This document shows positions 1-11,300 of a stretch of DNA of 42,371 bases, piece after piece. The position numbers and the translations under genes were made by a program. Source of the DNA: Gammaproteobacteria bacterium (GTDB lineage Bacteria > Pseudomonadota > Gammaproteobacteria > Arenicellales > Poriferihabitantaceae). The notes under the pieces are model-generated. The model saw only the letters and a program-made list of their open reading frames with translations, did not search any database and was not told where the DNA came from. The first letter of the stretch is position 1, and every line of letters begins with the position of its first letter. Where the stretch lies: positions 1-42,371 of the forward strand of contig JAJDVC010000250.1 in the NCBI GenBank assembly GCA_022826305.1. The letters are read 5' to 3'.

Positions 1-492
1 GACCGGCAGGCGGATTACGTCATTGACTGCAGGGGATATGCTGCCCGGGACACGCTCGGGGAGCTGCGGGGGGTAAGGGGAGAGATGATGATCCTGCAGA
101 CCGGGGAGTTGACCCTGGCCCGCCCGGTCAGGCTGCTGCACCCCCGGCATCCCGTGTATGTCGTCCCGCGCGGTCACGGTCGTTTCATGCTGGGTGCGAC
201 GGTGATCGAGAATGACGAGAGGAGGCGGGTAAGCGTACGCTCGGTACTGGACCTGCTGAATGCCGCCCTGCTGCTGGAACCCCGTTTCGGCGAGGCGGAG
301 GTGGTCGAGGTCGGTGTTGACGTCCGCCCGGCTTTCGATGACAACCTGCCGAAACTGATGCGCCGGAACAACGTGATATACATGAACGGGTTGTTCCGGC
401 ATGGTTTCCTGCTGAGCCCGGCGATGGCGGCACAGGTTGCCGAGGCGCTCCAGGATCGGGAACAGTTCAGGGCATTGCCATTATGCGCATAA
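1..492 (+). CDS. thiO: Glycine oxidase ThiO, C-terminal part (5' end outside window)
   Basis: Frame is open from base 1 (DRQADYVIDCRG...LRGVRGEM). Contains YVVPRG, GATVIE, RPAFDDNLP and NGLFRHGFLLSP, typical of the DAO/ThiO C-terminus. Directly upstream of thiS-thiG. Confidence 0.9.
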   Translation, partial: DRQADYVIDCRGYAARDTLGELRGVRGEMMILQTGELTLARPVRLLHPRHPVYVVPRGHGRFMLGATVIENDERRRVSVRSVLDLLNAALLLEPRFGEAEVVEVGVDVRPAFDDNLPKLMRRNNVIYMNGLFRHGFLLSPAMAAQVAEALQDREQFRALPLCA

Positions 493-680
493 TCGTCAAT
501 GGCGAAGAGAAGGACGTGGACGGCCCCGGGCTGGGAGATGTCCTGCGCCAGTGCGGATACGACAATGAGCATGTTGCTACCGCACTCAACGGAGAATTCG
601 TGCACAGGCATCTGCGCGAGGATACCCGCATCCGTCCGGGGGACCGGATTGAAGTGGTGTCCCCCATAGCCGGCGGGTAG
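483..680 (+). CDS. thiS: Sulfur carrier protein ThiS
   Basis: 65 aa, MRIIVNGE start, [10 protein letters not shown]-terminal GG. Lies between thiO and thiG. Confidence 0.95.
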   Translation: MRIIVNGEEKDVDGPGLGDVLRQCGYDNEHVATALNGEFVHRHLREDTRIRPGDRIEVVSPIAGG

Positions 681-691
681 GCCGATGTGTC

Positions 692-1465
692 ATGGTTGAA
701 TTCTACGGAAAGACCGTCTCGAATCCGCTTCTGCTCGGTACGGCGCGCTACCCGTCTCCGGCCATCATGGCCGAGGCGGTCAGGGCTTCGGCCGCAGAAA
801 TCGTGACGGTTTCCCTGCGTCGGGAAGCGGGCGGCAGTTCCGCCGGGCAGAAATTCTGGCAGCTGATCAGGTCGCTGGATGTCGCCGTGCTGCCCAATAC
901 CGCGGGCTGTCACTCGGCCAGGGAGGCGGTCACCACCGCACACATGGCCCGGGAGATATTCCAGACCGACTGGATCAAGCTTGAGGTCATCGGTCATCAG
1001 GATACCCTTCAGCCGGACGTGTTCGGGCTGGTCGAAGCCGCCAGGATCCTGGTCGAGGACGGTTTCCGGGTATTTCCGTATACGACCGAGGATCTGGTGG
1101 TTGCCGAAAGGCTGCTGCATGGTGGTTGCGAGGTACTGATGCCCTGGGGGTCCCCGATAGGAACCGGACGCGGGATCAACAATGAATACGGCCTGCGGTC
1201 ACTGCGGACGCATTTCGACACGGTGCCGATCGTGGTCGATGCCGGCATCGGCCTGCCTTCGCATGCAGCCCGGGCGATGGAGATCGGCTGCGACGCCGTG
1301 CTGCTCAATACCGCCGTGGCCCGTGCCGCGGATCCTGTCGCCATGGCACAGGCATTCTGCGAGGCGGTTGCGGCCGGGAAGAAGGCCTGGGAAGCCGGAC
1401 CGATGGAACCTTCCGGATTCGCCCATCCTTCAACCACCGATGCCGGCAGGGGGCAGTTCGTCTGA
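692..1465 (+). CDS. thiG: Thiazole synthase ThiG
   Basis: [53 protein letters not shown] and [10 protein letters not shown] signatures. Confidence 0.97.
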   Translation: MVEFYGKTVSNPLLLGTARYPSPAIMAEAVRASAAEIVTVSLRREAGGSSAGQKFWQLIRSLDVAVLPNTAGCHSAREAVTTAHMAREIFQTDWIKLEVIGHQDTLQPDVFGLVEAARILVEDGFRVFPYTTEDLVVAERLLHGGCEVLMPWGSPIGTGRGINNEYGLRSLRTHFDTVPIVVDAGIGLPSHAARAMEIGCDAVLLNTAVARAADPVAMAQAFCEAVAAGKKAWEAGPMEPSGFAHPSTTDAGRGQFV

Positions 1466-2094
1466 TGCGGTGGGATCCGTTCTATCCTGTCCTTGACAGC
1501 CCCCATTGGCTGGGTCGGCTGCTGCCCCTGGGTATCCGGATGGTCCAGATCAGGATCAAGGACACGGATCCGGAACAATTGCGCGATATCCTGTTGCGTT
1601 GCCGGGACCTGTGCCGCGAGGCAGGCTGCCAGCTTGTCGTCAACGATTACTGGGAACTTGCCATTGAACTCGGCTGCAATGCGGTTCATCTGGGCCAGGA
1701 GGACCTGGACGATGCGGATCTTGCCGCCATATCCGGTGCTGGACTGGACCTTGGAATCAGCACGCATTCCGATACGGAACTCGAGCGTGCCCTGTCCTGT
1801 GATCCCGTCTACATCGCACTGGGGCCGATTTACCCCACGCGTCTGAAGAAGATGCCCTGGGGACCGCAGGGACTGGAGCGCATCAGGCAATGGAAGGACC
1901 GGATCGGAACGCTCCCACTGGTAGCCATTGGCGGCATGAGTCCCGCGCGTGCGCCGGGAGTATTCGAGGCTGGTGCGGACATCGTGTCCATGGTTACCGA
2001 TATTACCCTTGATCCGGAACCGGAGCGGCGAACCCGGCAATGGATCAGTCTGACCGACCCTTTTCGAAGCATTCCCTGTAACACGCAATCCTGA
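1465..2094 (+). CDS. thiE: Thiamine-phosphate synthase ThiE
   Basis: VQIRIKD, VVNDYW, VHLGQEDL, GISTH, YIALGPIYPT and LVAIGG motifs. TGATG overlap with thiG. Confidence 0.93.
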   Translation: MRWDPFYPVLDSPHWLGRLLPLGIRMVQIRIKDTDPEQLRDILLRCRDLCREAGCQLVVNDYWELAIELGCNAVHLGQEDLDDADLAAISGAGLDLGISTHSDTELERALSCDPVYIALGPIYPTRLKKMPWGPQGLERIRQWKDRIGTLPLVAIGGMSPARAPGVFEAGADIVSMVTDITLDPEPERRTRQWISLTDPFRSIPCNTQS

Positions 2095-2098
2095 AGCC

Positions 2099-3037
2099 AT
2101 GAAGAAGATCCTGCTTGTCCTTGTCGCCCTGCATGCCGGAACCGTCCAGTCCGATGACCGGCTGACCCTTGTCCTGGACTGGTTCGTCAACCCGGACCAC
2201 GGGCCCGTCATCATTGCCCGGGAAAAGGGCTATTTCTCCGAGCAGGGGCTGGAAGTCGAGATCGTGCCGCCTGCCGACCCGTCGGACCCTCCGAAGATCG
2301 TTGCGGCCGGTGGCGCGGAACTCGCGATATCGTACCAGCCCCAGCTGCATCTTCAGGTCGCGGAGGGGCTGCCGCTCGTGCGGGTAGGCACCCTGGTTGC
2401 CACTCCCCTGAACTGCCTGCTGGTTCTCGAGGACGGCCCGATCAGGTCCATCGCCGACCTCAGGGGCAGGAAGGTCGGGTTTTCCGTGGCGGGGGTCGAG
2501 GAGGCCCTGCTCTCGGCCATCCTCAGGCCCCATGGCCTGGGCATGGATGATATTGATCTCGTCAACGTGAACTGGTCGCTTTCCCCCTCGCTGATGTCGG
2601 GGCAGGTCGATGCCGTGATCGGGGCGTTCCGCAACTTCGAACTCAACCAGATGGAGATCGAGGGCGTGCCCGGGCGATGCTTTTATCTCGAAGAGGAGGG
2701 TCTGCCGCCCTATGACGAACTGATCTATGTCGCCAACCGCGATTCGATGAACCGTGATCTTGTCGCCAGATTCCTGGCCGCAACCGAAAAGGCTACCCAG
2801 TTCATCGTCAATCACCCGCAGGAAAGCTGGGAGATCTTCTCTGCAACTTCCAGGGAACTTCAGGATGAACTGAACCGCCGGGCCTGGGTCGATACCCTGC
2901 CCCGGTTCGCACTGCGGCCTGCGGCGTTCGATGCGGGACGCTATGCCGGCATGGAAGCGTTCCTGAAGGCGTCCGGACTGCTGGAAGGCATCAGCCCGGT
3001 CGGGCGTCTGGCCGTGGACGTCACGCAGGACCTGTAG
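2099..3037 (+). CDS. thiY: NMT1/THI5-like ABC substrate-binding protein (HMP/FAMP uptake, ThiY-like)
   Basis: Signal peptide, LDWFVNPDH, PADPSDPP, AISYQPQL and GAFRNFE motifs. Located in the thi operon. Confidence 0.85.
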   Translation: MKKILLVLVALHAGTVQSDDRLTLVLDWFVNPDHGPVIIAREKGYFSEQGLEVEIVPPADPSDPPKIVAAGGAELAISYQPQLHLQVAEGLPLVRVGTLVATPLNCLLVLEDGPIRSIADLRGRKVGFSVAGVEEALLSAILRPHGLGMDDIDLVNVNWSLSPSLMSGQVDAVIGAFRNFELNQMEIEGVPGRCFYLEEEGLPPYDELIYVANRDSMNRDLVARFLAATEKATQFIVNHPQESWEIFSATSRELQDELNRRAWVDTLPRFALRPAAFDAGRYAGMEAFLKASGLLEGISPVGRLAVDVTQDL

Positions 3038-3046
3038 GGCAGGATC

Positions 3047-3778
3047 ATGGGCGCCCGCAAATTCCCGGAGACCGCGACCACGACGGCAACCGATTACGGC
3101 AGTGCGCTGTTCGGCGCGCTGCGGCAGCACGCCGACTGCAACTGGATGAAGTACATCCGGCATGAATTCGTCTGCCGGCTCGGTGACGGCTCTCTGCCCC
3201 GTTCCGCATTTCTCGCCTATCTGGAGCAGGACTACCTGTTCCTGCTCCATTATGCCAGGGCCTGGGCGATGGCGGTGGTGAAGTCTGAAACGGCCGGGCA
3301 GATGCGCATGGCCGCTGCCACCGTCAATGCGCTGATCAACGAGGAAATCAGCCTGCATGTGCGGGTATGCGAACGCGAGGGAATCACGGAGGAGGCGTTG
3401 CTCAATGCGCGGGAAGCGCCGCAGAACATTGCCTATACCCGCTACGTCATGGATACCGCACTTGGCGGCGATCTGCTTGACCTGCTGTGCGCCATGTCGC
3501 CTTGCGTGTTCGGATACGGGGAGATCGGCTGCCTGCTGGCCGATGCGGACACCGAGCCTGTCTACAGGGAATGGATTGATGCCTACTGCGGGGAGCCGTA
3601 CCAGGAGCTGTGCCGGAGCGTTGCCGGGCTGGTCGAGGAGGTTCGTCTCGCAAGGCTTGGCAGCGATTTCATGGGCAGTCCCAGGTGGGAATCCCTTTGC
3701 AGCCGCTTCAGTACCGCCGTCGAGCTTGAGGCGCAGTTCTGGTCGATGGGAATGGATCTTGGCAAGCCCGGCGCCTGA
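3047..3778 (+). CDS. tenA: TenA family aminopyrimidine aminohydrolase (thiaminase II)
   Basis: YLEQDYLFL, AYTRYV, PCVFGYGEIG (catalytic Cys present), YREWIDAY, LEAQFW. Confidence 0.9.
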   Translation: MGARKFPETATTTATDYGSALFGALRQHADCNWMKYIRHEFVCRLGDGSLPRSAFLAYLEQDYLFLLHYARAWAMAVVKSETAGQMRMAAATVNALINEEISLHVRVCEREGITEEALLNAREAPQNIAYTRYVMDTALGGDLLDLLCAMSPCVFGYGEIGCLLADADTEPVYREWIDAYCGEPYQELCRSVAGLVEEVRLARLGSDFMGSPRWESLCSRFSTAVELEAQFWSMGMDLGKPGA

Positions 3779-4493
3779 TACGCCTCCCGGACTGTTTCTC
3801 GAGGGCAGTTTCTCCTATGGTGACAGGCCGCTGTTCTCGGATATATCCCTGTGCCTTGACGCGGGCAGATGGACATGCATGCTGGGACCTTCAGGCTGCG
3901 GAAAATCCACGTTGCTGCGCCTGATGGCGGGATTGCGTACAGACGGGGCATTCACCGGAAGCCTGGGTGCCAGCGATCATCATCCGGTGGCCGGGCGCAT
4001 TGCCTACATGGCCCAGGACGACCTGCTGTTTCCATGGTTGACGGTTGCACAGAACGTGTCGCTCGGCGCCAGGCTGCGCAGGGAATCCCCGGATTCGACC
4101 AGGGTCGGGACACTGATCCGCGAGGTTGGACTGGAAGACCATGCGACGAAGAAGCCGGGCCAGCTCTCGGGAGGAATGCGCCAGCGCTGTGCGCTGGCCA
4201 GGACCCTGATGGAGGGGACGCCCGTGGTGCTGCTGGACGAGCCGTTTTCGGCGCTTGATCCGGCGACGCGCCGGCAGATGCAGGAACTGTCATGCCGGGT
4301 CCTGTCCGGAAAGACCGTGCTGCTGGTCACCCACGACCTGGCCGAGGCGCTGCGCCTCGGCGACAGACTGTACACGATGTCGGAAAAGGGGCTGGAGTGT
4401 CATTCACTGGCGCCCAGCGACGCGATCCGCTCCCTCGAGGATCCCTGCGTGATGGCGATCCAGACCAGCGTGTTCACGGCGCTCAATTCCTGA
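3759..4493 (+). CDS. ABC transporter ATP-binding subunit (ThiZ/TauB-like)
   Basis: Walker A GPSGCGKST, LSGGMRQR, LLDEPFSALD, VTHD. I re-placed the start at in-frame TTG 3759 because the ORF-track start at 3357 overlaps tenA. Confidence 0.88.
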   Translation: MASPAPDTPPGLFLEGSFSYGDRPLFSDISLCLDAGRWTCMLGPSGCGKSTLLRLMAGLRTDGAFTGSLGASDHHPVAGRIAYMAQDDLLFPWLTVAQNVSLGARLRRESPDSTRVGTLIREVGLEDHATKKPGQLSGGMRQRCALARTLMEGTPVVLLDEPFSALDPATRRQMQELSCRVLSGKTVLLVTHDLAEALRLGDRLYTMSEKGLECHSLAPSDAIRSLEDPCVMAIQTSVFTALNS

Positions 4494-4509
4494 GTCGGGA
4501 CGGGATTCG

Positions 4510-5268
4510 ATGCGCCTGGGCCAGCTGCCTGATATCCTGGCTACCGTTGCCTGCCTCATCCTCGCGTGGCAACTGGTCGTGTGGCTTACCGGCGTTCCGG
4601 CCTTCATTCTTCCCGGTCCCGTACGCGTCATGTCGGCGCTTTACGACAATGCCGGCCTGATCATGTGGCATACCCTGATCACGGCAACGGAAGTGGTGAT
4701 CGGGCTGGTACTGGGCACGGCCTGCGGAATATCCACTGCGCTGTATCTCATGATGTCCGACCGCGCCCGCCGCCTGCTGCTGCCCGCCCTGGTTCTCAGC
4801 CAGACCGTGCCGGTTTTCGCCCTGGCCCCGCTGCTGACGCTGTGGCTGGGCTACGGGTTGGCATCGAAAATCGCGATGACGGTCCTGATCATCTACTTTC
4901 CCGTCACCTCGACCTTCTTCGACGGGCTGCGCACCACCCCGGGCGGCTATCTGGACCTGGCGCGGACGCTGCGCAGCCCGCACCTGTCCACGCTGCTCCA
5001 GGTACGGCTGCCCGCCGCGCTTCCTTCGCTCTCTTCGGGAGTGCGGCTGGCGGCTGTCTATGCCCCGATCGGGGCAGTGATCGGGGAGTGGGTGGGCGCC
5101 TCGAACGGACTGGGCTACCTCATGCTTCTTGCAAACGGCCGGGTAAAGACGGACCTGATGTTTGCCGCGCTGATTGTCTTGTGCGTGCTGACCATCACGC
5201 TTCGTTTCGCGGTCAGTGGACTCTGTTCCGGCATGACCCGCTGGGCCGGATACCCGGAGCAGGCCTGA
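4510..5268 (+). CDS. ABC transporter permease (ThiX/SsuC-like)
   Basis: Multi-TM protein with FILPGP, QTVPVFALAPLL, VRLPAALP and GAVIGEWVGASNGLG. Confidence 0.9.
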   Translation: MRLGQLPDILATVACLILAWQLVVWLTGVPAFILPGPVRVMSALYDNAGLIMWHTLITATEVVIGLVLGTACGISTALYLMMSDRARRLLLPALVLSQTVPVFALAPLLTLWLGYGLASKIAMTVLIIYFPVTSTFFDGLRTTPGGYLDLARTLRSPHLSTLLQVRLPAALPSLSSGVRLAAVYAPIGAVIGEWVGASNGLGYLMLLANGRVKTDLMFAALIVLCVLTITLRFAVSGLCSGMTRWAGYPEQA

Positions 5269-6480
5269 GTGGACGCCCGCGCCTTCCTCACGGCATGCTG
5301 GTCGGCAGGCGTCGAGCGGGTGCGGGGAGAGCACACGGTCCGCAGCGCCCTGGAGGAGTCGGGCCCTGACCGCATAGACAACCTGCTCGCAGTCGGCAAG
5401 GCGGCATCCTCCATGTGCCTGGGCGCCCTGGATCGCCTGCCTCCCCGTGCAAGGGGCCTGCTGATCACGAAATACGGTCACGTTGATGCGGGGTTGCAGG
5501 AGGCGGGCAGGATGGAGATCCTGGAGGCCGCGCATCCCGTTCCCGACCTGCACAGCCTTGCCGCAGGTCGGCGCGCGGTGGATTTCGTCGAATCCGTGCC
5601 GGAAACGGAGAATCTTGTCATGCTGGTGTCCGGCGGCGCCTCTGCACTGGTCGAACTCCTGCCGGCGGGGTTCGGATTGCCGGAACTGGAAAGGATGACC
5701 GGAGACCTCCTGTCCCGTGGTTTCGATATCACCCGGATCAACTCGGTCAGGCGGTGCATGTCGGGAATCAAGGGCGGCAGGCTGCTGGCCCGGAGCAGGA
5801 CGGAATTCCTGTACGTCTACGCCATCTCGGATGTCCCGTCCGATGATATCGCGGTCATCGGTTCCGGCATCGGCGCAGTCGGTCCGGTTTTCGAGGGTTC
5901 ACGGGACATCCCGGCGGAATTCTCCGATCTTGTCCGGGTATCGGCGTGGGACGGGCTGGAGCATGCGCGGTCGGACCGTTGCCGGGTCACGCAGCGGGTT
6001 ATCGCGTCCAACACCCTGGCGCGCAAGGCCGCTGCACGGTATGCGGCGCAACGAGGATATCGCGTGGTGACCAACGAGGAATCCCTGCATGGTCCGGTCG
6101 AGGAAATCTCTGCCCGGATTCATGATGTGCTGGCAGGCGGTGTCAGGGGCGTGTATGTCTGGGGCGGAGAGCCGACCGTGGTGCTGCCGACGGCCCCCGG
6201 GCGGGGTGGCCGCAATCAGCATCTGGCCCTGTGCATGGCAAGGCGGCTCAGGGGAGTGCGGAACATCTCGCTGATCGCGGCGGGCACGGATGGCACGGAC
6301 GGACCCACGGACGCTGCCGGCGGCGTGATCGATGGCCGGGTTTTCGATTCCCTGCCGGGGGGCGATGACGCCCTTGCCGCCGCCGATTCGGGATCCTTTC
6401 TGGAAAGAACCGGGGCCCTGTTCATGACCGGGCCGACCGGGACCAATGTCATGGACCTGGTTATCGCGGTAAAATCCTGA
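5269..6480 (+). CDS. Glycerate 2-kinase / MOFRL family (TtuD/GckA-like)
   Basis: [70 protein letters not shown]. Confidence 0.92.
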   Translation: MDARAFLTACWSAGVERVRGEHTVRSALEESGPDRIDNLLAVGKAASSMCLGALDRLPPRARGLLITKYGHVDAGLQEAGRMEILEAAHPVPDLHSLAAGRRAVDFVESVPETENLVMLVSGGASALVELLPAGFGLPELERMTGDLLSRGFDITRINSVRRCMSGIKGGRLLARSRTEFLYVYAISDVPSDDIAVIGSGIGAVGPVFEGSRDIPAEFSDLVRVSAWDGLEHARSDRCRVTQRVIASNTLARKAAARYAAQRGYRVVTNEESLHGPVEEISARIHDVLAGGVRGVYVWGGEPTVVLPTAPGRGGRNQHLALCMARRLRGVRNISLIAAGTDGTDGPTDAAGGVIDGRVFDSLPGGDDALAAADSGSFLERTGALFMTGPTGTNVMDLVIAVKS

Positions 6481-6508
6481 ACGGTATTGCCCGAGATCGG
6501 GGTTTGCG

Positions 6509-7588
6509 TTGAGATCGTCGAAACTGATCCATGTTGTCGGTTGCCACGCCGAAGGCGAGGTGGGCAACGTCATTGTCGGAGGGGTTCCCCCGCCGCCCGG
6601 GGACACGTTGTGGGAGCAGTCCCGCCATATCGCGCGCGATGGCGCCCTGCGCGACTTCCTGCTCCATGAACCCAGGGGAGGCGTCCATGGTCATGTGAAC
6701 CTCCTGGTTCCGGCGATCAGCCCGCAGGCGGACACCGGATGGATCATCATGGAACCGGAGGACACGCCTCCCATGTCGGGTTCGAACGCGATGTGCGTCG
6801 CGACGGTCATGATCGAGACGGGCCTGGCGGCAATGCAGGAACCGTATACGGACCTCGTGATTGAGGCACCGGGCGGGCTGGTCAGGGTGCGGGCGGCCTG
6901 CCGTGATGGACGGGTCCGGCACGTCACGGTAACCAGTGTCCCGTCTTTTGCGGATCGGCTCGATGCAGATCTCGAGGTGGAGGGCATGGGCACGCTCAGG
7001 GTGGATATCGCGTTCGGAGGTGACAGCTTCGTCATCGTGAACCCGGGCGCAGTCGGCCTCGAGATCGTGCCGGACCAGGCCAGGGATCTGGTCGAGGCCG
7101 GACGGCGGATCACCCGTGCTGCAAACGAGCAACTGGGATTCACGCACCCGCGCATGCCGGAGTGGTCTCACGTATCCTTCACCCAGTTTGCGGATCCCCT
7201 GTTCCGGGAAGGAGGCGCTTTGGTCAGCCGCAACGCGGTGGTCGTGCAGCCCGGAAAGCTGGACCGTTCCCCCTGCGGTACGGGGTGCTCGGCGAGAATG
7301 GCGGTTCTCCATGCCCGGGGGCAGCTCGCTGCCGGAGAACGGATGGTCGGACGGTCCATCATCGGATCCCGCTTCGACTGCCGGATAGAGGAAGAAACGG
7401 ATCTGGACGGCCTGCCGGCCATTGTCCCGAGCCTGACCGGCAGGGCATGGATTACCGGCTCTTTCCAGTTCATGCTGGATCCGGATGATCCGTGGCCCGG
7501 CGGTTACAGGCTTTCGGACACCTGGCCCGAAGTGCTGCAAGGCAGGCCGTCGCATGACCGTGCCGGGAACGGTTTCGCCCGGGACTGA
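6509..7588 (+). CDS. Proline racemase superfamily protein (hydroxyproline epimerase/dehydratase-like, Ser/Cys catalytic pair)
   Basis: [21 protein letters not shown] (Ser at the first catalytic position) and DRSPCGTG. Confidence 0.9.
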   Translation: MRSSKLIHVVGCHAEGEVGNVIVGGVPPPPGDTLWEQSRHIARDGALRDFLLHEPRGGVHGHVNLLVPAISPQADTGWIIMEPEDTPPMSGSNAMCVATVMIETGLAAMQEPYTDLVIEAPGGLVRVRAACRDGRVRHVTVTSVPSFADRLDADLEVEGMGTLRVDIAFGGDSFVIVNPGAVGLEIVPDQARDLVEAGRRITRAANEQLGFTHPRMPEWSHVSFTQFADPLFREGGALVSRNAVVVQPGKLDRSPCGTGCSARMAVLHARGQLAAGERMVGRSIIGSRFDCRIEEETDLDGLPAIVPSLTGRAWITGSFQFMLDPDDPWPGGYRLSDTWPEVLQGRPSHDRAGNGFARD

Positions 7589-7687
7589 TGCCGGGTCCGT
7601 TGACCCGGCTGTCCGGGCTGATGCAGAATCCGGCTGTGCATGCGGATCGTGCGGTCCGCCCTGATCAATCCACCGGGTTCTTGACAA

Positions 7688-8320
7688 ATGGTTTCAGGCA
7701 GGCCGGATATTCACCGATTCGATGATCGACTGGCTGCAGTCTATGGGGACGCAGGGAACAAGGAGCGGCATTACGACGAGTGGGCGTCTTCCTATGACCA
7801 TGACCTGGTGAAGGATCTGGGCTATGTGGCGCATCGCGAGGCGGCCGACATCTTCATGGAACTGGTGGCCGACACCTCGTCCGGCATTCTGGACGTGGCG
7901 TGCGGTACGGGTCTGGTGGGCAGGTATCTTCGGGAACACGGCTACCGGACGCTTGATGGTGCGGATTTTTCCGCCCGGATGCTTCACGAGTCGGGGAAAC
8001 TCGGGATATACCGGGCACTGTGGAAGCATGATTTCACGCAACCGGCGTCCCCGCCCGACTCCTATGACGCATTGATCTGCGTCGGCATGTTCTCCTATTC
8101 CCTGCCGGGGATCGTTCACATGCATCACGTGGTGAATTGTGTCCGGCCGGGAGGCTTGTGCGTGATCACGGTCAACGGTGCGGCCTGGCGCGATCTGGAC
8201 CTGGAATCTGCAGTGCGGCAGGAATCCGGGAAGCACGGCTTCGCCATTGAGCAGACAAGGACCGCAGGCTATATCGTCAAGGAGGATATTGATTCGCGGG
8301 TACTTGTGATCAGGCGCTGA
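7688..8320 (+). CDS. Class I SAM-dependent methyltransferase
   Basis: YDEWASSYD..LGY N-terminus, ILDVACGTGLVG motif I, DGADFS, YDALICVG. Confidence 0.88.
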   Translation: MVSGRPDIHRFDDRLAAVYGDAGNKERHYDEWASSYDHDLVKDLGYVAHREAADIFMELVADTSSGILDVACGTGLVGRYLREHGYRTLDGADFSARMLHESGKLGIYRALWKHDFTQPASPPDSYDALICVGMFSYSLPGIVHMHHVVNCVRPGGLCVITVNGAAWRDLDLESAVRQESGKHGFAIEQTRTAGYIVKEDIDSRVLVIRR

Positions 8321-8341
8321 GGTATCCGGATCCGCAACGGA

Positions 8342-11300
8342 TCACTCCGGTACTGCTTCTGCTTCCGTACTGGAGCGTTTCCGGTAGCGGCCTTCAAGCG
8401 GAGCCATCAGCAGCGCCATCATCGGCGGCACGATTACCAGCGTGATCACCGCGGACAGGCTGAGTCCTCCCACGACGACGCTGCCGAGCCCCCGGTACAG
8501 TTCCGACCCGGCTCCCGGGAACAGGACGAGCGGCAGCATGCCGAACACGCTTGTCAGCGTGGACATGAAAATGGGCCGGATCCTGTGCCGGGTGGCGGTC
8601 CTGATCGCCTCGTCCGGCGCCATGTCCTCCCGGCGTATGTGGTGCAGGGTCTGGTGAACCAGCAGTATCGCATTGTTGACGACGATGCCGACGAGAATGA
8701 TGAAGCCCAGCATGGTCAGCATGTCCAGCGGCTGATAGCCGACCTGGTTGAGCAGTGCAAGGCCGGCGAAACCGCCCGCCGCGGCGACCGGAACCGACAG
8801 CATGATGATCAGCGGATAGACGAAGCTCTCGAACAGCACCGCCATGACCAGGAATATGATGATGAGGGCCAGGATCAGGTTGACCGCCATGGCATTGCGG
8901 GTCTCGACGAGCTTGTCCGCCGTGCCGGAAATGTTCAGCTTGATGCCATCGGGCAGGCCCTGTTTCTCCAGCGGTTCCACCACCCCGGTCCGGAGCTGGT
9001 CGATGGCGGTTTCAAGCGGTATGCCGGGATTCGGCCGCACCTCCAGGGTGATGGTGCGGAAACGTTCGCGATGACGTATCTCGGTGGGACCGGAGGTCAG
9101 CACAATTTCCGACAGGGATGAAACGGGCACGATATGGCCCTGCGGGGTGACGATGGGCAGATTGTCTATTCCCTGCGTCTGCATCACGGCGCTGGCATGA
9201 CCCTTGAGCATCACGTCCATCAGCTTGCCGTCCACGGTCGACTGGCTGACACGCAGGCCGTCGTTGAAGGAGTCGATCGTCTGGGCAAGCTCGGTGGCGT
9301 TCAGCCCGCTGTCGCTCAACCGCAGCTGGTCCGGTATCACGCGCACCTCCGGGGCGCCGAGTTCAAGCCCCGGAACCGGTCTCCATTCATTGCCCTCCTC
9401 GCGGGGGAACTGCGAGGCCACGAGTCCGAACGCCTGTCCGGCCACCTGGATGATCCGTTCAATGTCAGCACCGGAGATGTCCAGTTCGATCTTGCGGCCG
9501 CCGCCGATGCCGCGACCAAAGATCGATGGTTGTGTAATGAAACCGAATGTGCCGGGTTCCCGGAACACTGGCCGGCTCAGTATGGGTTTCAGTTCGGCCA
9601 CGCGTTCGGGCTGGACGGCGACTGCACCGAGAAAGGTGCGGGATGGCGTCGCAACGAAGAAGAACCGTTCTATCTGCGGCGGGGAATCAGGCTCTGCCCC
9701 GGCGGGATTTTCCGAAGCCCATAAGTGCCGCGTCGCGGACTCGATGCCTTCGGCGATATCCGTCATTGTCCGGAGGTTGTATCCCGGTGGCGGGATGATG
9801 ATGCCGAACAGGAGGTTGCGGTTGCCTTCCGGCAGGTACTCGAGTTTCGGCACCATCCTGTATGCGCTGTACGATGCCAGCGCAGTGACGCAGCACACTA
9901 CCAGCAGCGCCAGCATCCGGCTGCGGGTAACGGAACCGGCAAAGCCCAGTATCGCCCGAACGAACAGCGCACCGCACCAGTCCATGATCGGCAGACGGAG
10001 GCGTTTTCCCGGTCGCCGACCGCCCAGCAAGGCGTTGGACAAGGCCGGGATGACGCTGACGGACACCAGCAGGGACAGGATCACGGATACGGAAATCGCC
10101 ACCGCGATATCGCGGAACAGCTGTCCGGCCTCCAGTTCCATCACCAGAACGGGAATGAATACCATGATCGTCGTCAGCGCCGAAACCAGGACGGCCCCCC
10201 ATACCTGCTGTGCACCGAGGTAGGCTGCGCGCAGGGTACTGTGTCCGGATTCCCTGAGCCGGTAGATGTTCTCCAGCACAACGATTGCGGCATCGACCAC
10301 CATGCCGACAGCGAAAGCCAGCCCCGCCAGGGAAATCACGTTGATGGACCGGCCCAGCGCCGCCATCGCCACGAAGGCGCCGATTACCGAGACCGGGATT
10401 GCCATGGAAATGATGATGGTGGCGCGGGCGGAGCGGAGAAACAGCAGCAGGATGAGTGCCGCCAGGGAACCGCCGACCCAGATGTTCTGCTGCACCAGGT
10501 CGATCGCCGAATTGATGTATACGGTTTCATCGTAGACCTGCTGCAGTTGCAGCCCGGAATCGGGTATCACGTGAAGGTTGAGTTCGTCAACGGCGGATCG
10601 CAGTCCCTGCATGGTTTCGATGACATTGGCGCCGGTCTGCCGTTCGGCGCTCATGGCCAGGGCGGCATCGCCAAGCAGCCGGATACTGGCTCTCGGCGTC
10701 TCGTAGCCGAATTCCACCGTGGCGATGTCATCGAGGCGTACCCGTCCCAGGGAACCCCTGCCGTCCGTGCTCCGGATCATCACTTCCCGGATTCGGTCGA
10801 GCGTGTTCAGTTCCCCTTGCGTGCGTACCACGTACCGGCGCTTGCCTTCATCGATGTTGCCGGCGCCGATCGAGATGTTCGCCGTACGCAGGGCTCGCGT
10901 CACCTGGCCGATCGTCAGCTGGTAACGCGCCAGGAGGCTGGGCTCGATCTGGATGTGGATCTGGCGTTCGCTGACACCGTATACATTGATCCTGCCGACG
11001 CCCGGGACGCGTTCCAGCCTCTCCTTGACGATATCGTTGACAAAGTCGCCGAACTGGTGGATCGGACGTTCGATGCCGTCCTGCCGGGTCAGGATGAACC
11101 ACGCGATCGCCGTGTCTTCACTGCCTGCGATTTCCAGCGTCGGTTGCTCCGCTTCGTCGGGATAGCCGGTTACACGGTCCAGCCTGTTTGCCACCAGCAG
11201 GAGCGCCCGGTCCATGTTGTTGCCGACCTTGAACTCCAGCGTGACCCGTGCCTGGCCGGACTCGGCCTGGCCGGTAATCGATTTCAGCCCCTCCAGACCG

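Noticed and set aside
3357-3758. N-terminal extension of the ABC ATPase ORF; similar extensions on the ORFs starting at 12797, 22395, 28577, 33777, 35763 and 41121
   Set aside because: They overlap neighbouring genes or elements and lack family similarity. Downstream starts fit the family N-termini better.
8329-8343. GATCCG-CAA-CGGATC hairpin (similar ATCCG-TTA-CGGAT at 36013-36025)
   Set aside because: Stems are only 5-6 bp with no U-tract. Too weak to call as terminators or a repeat family.
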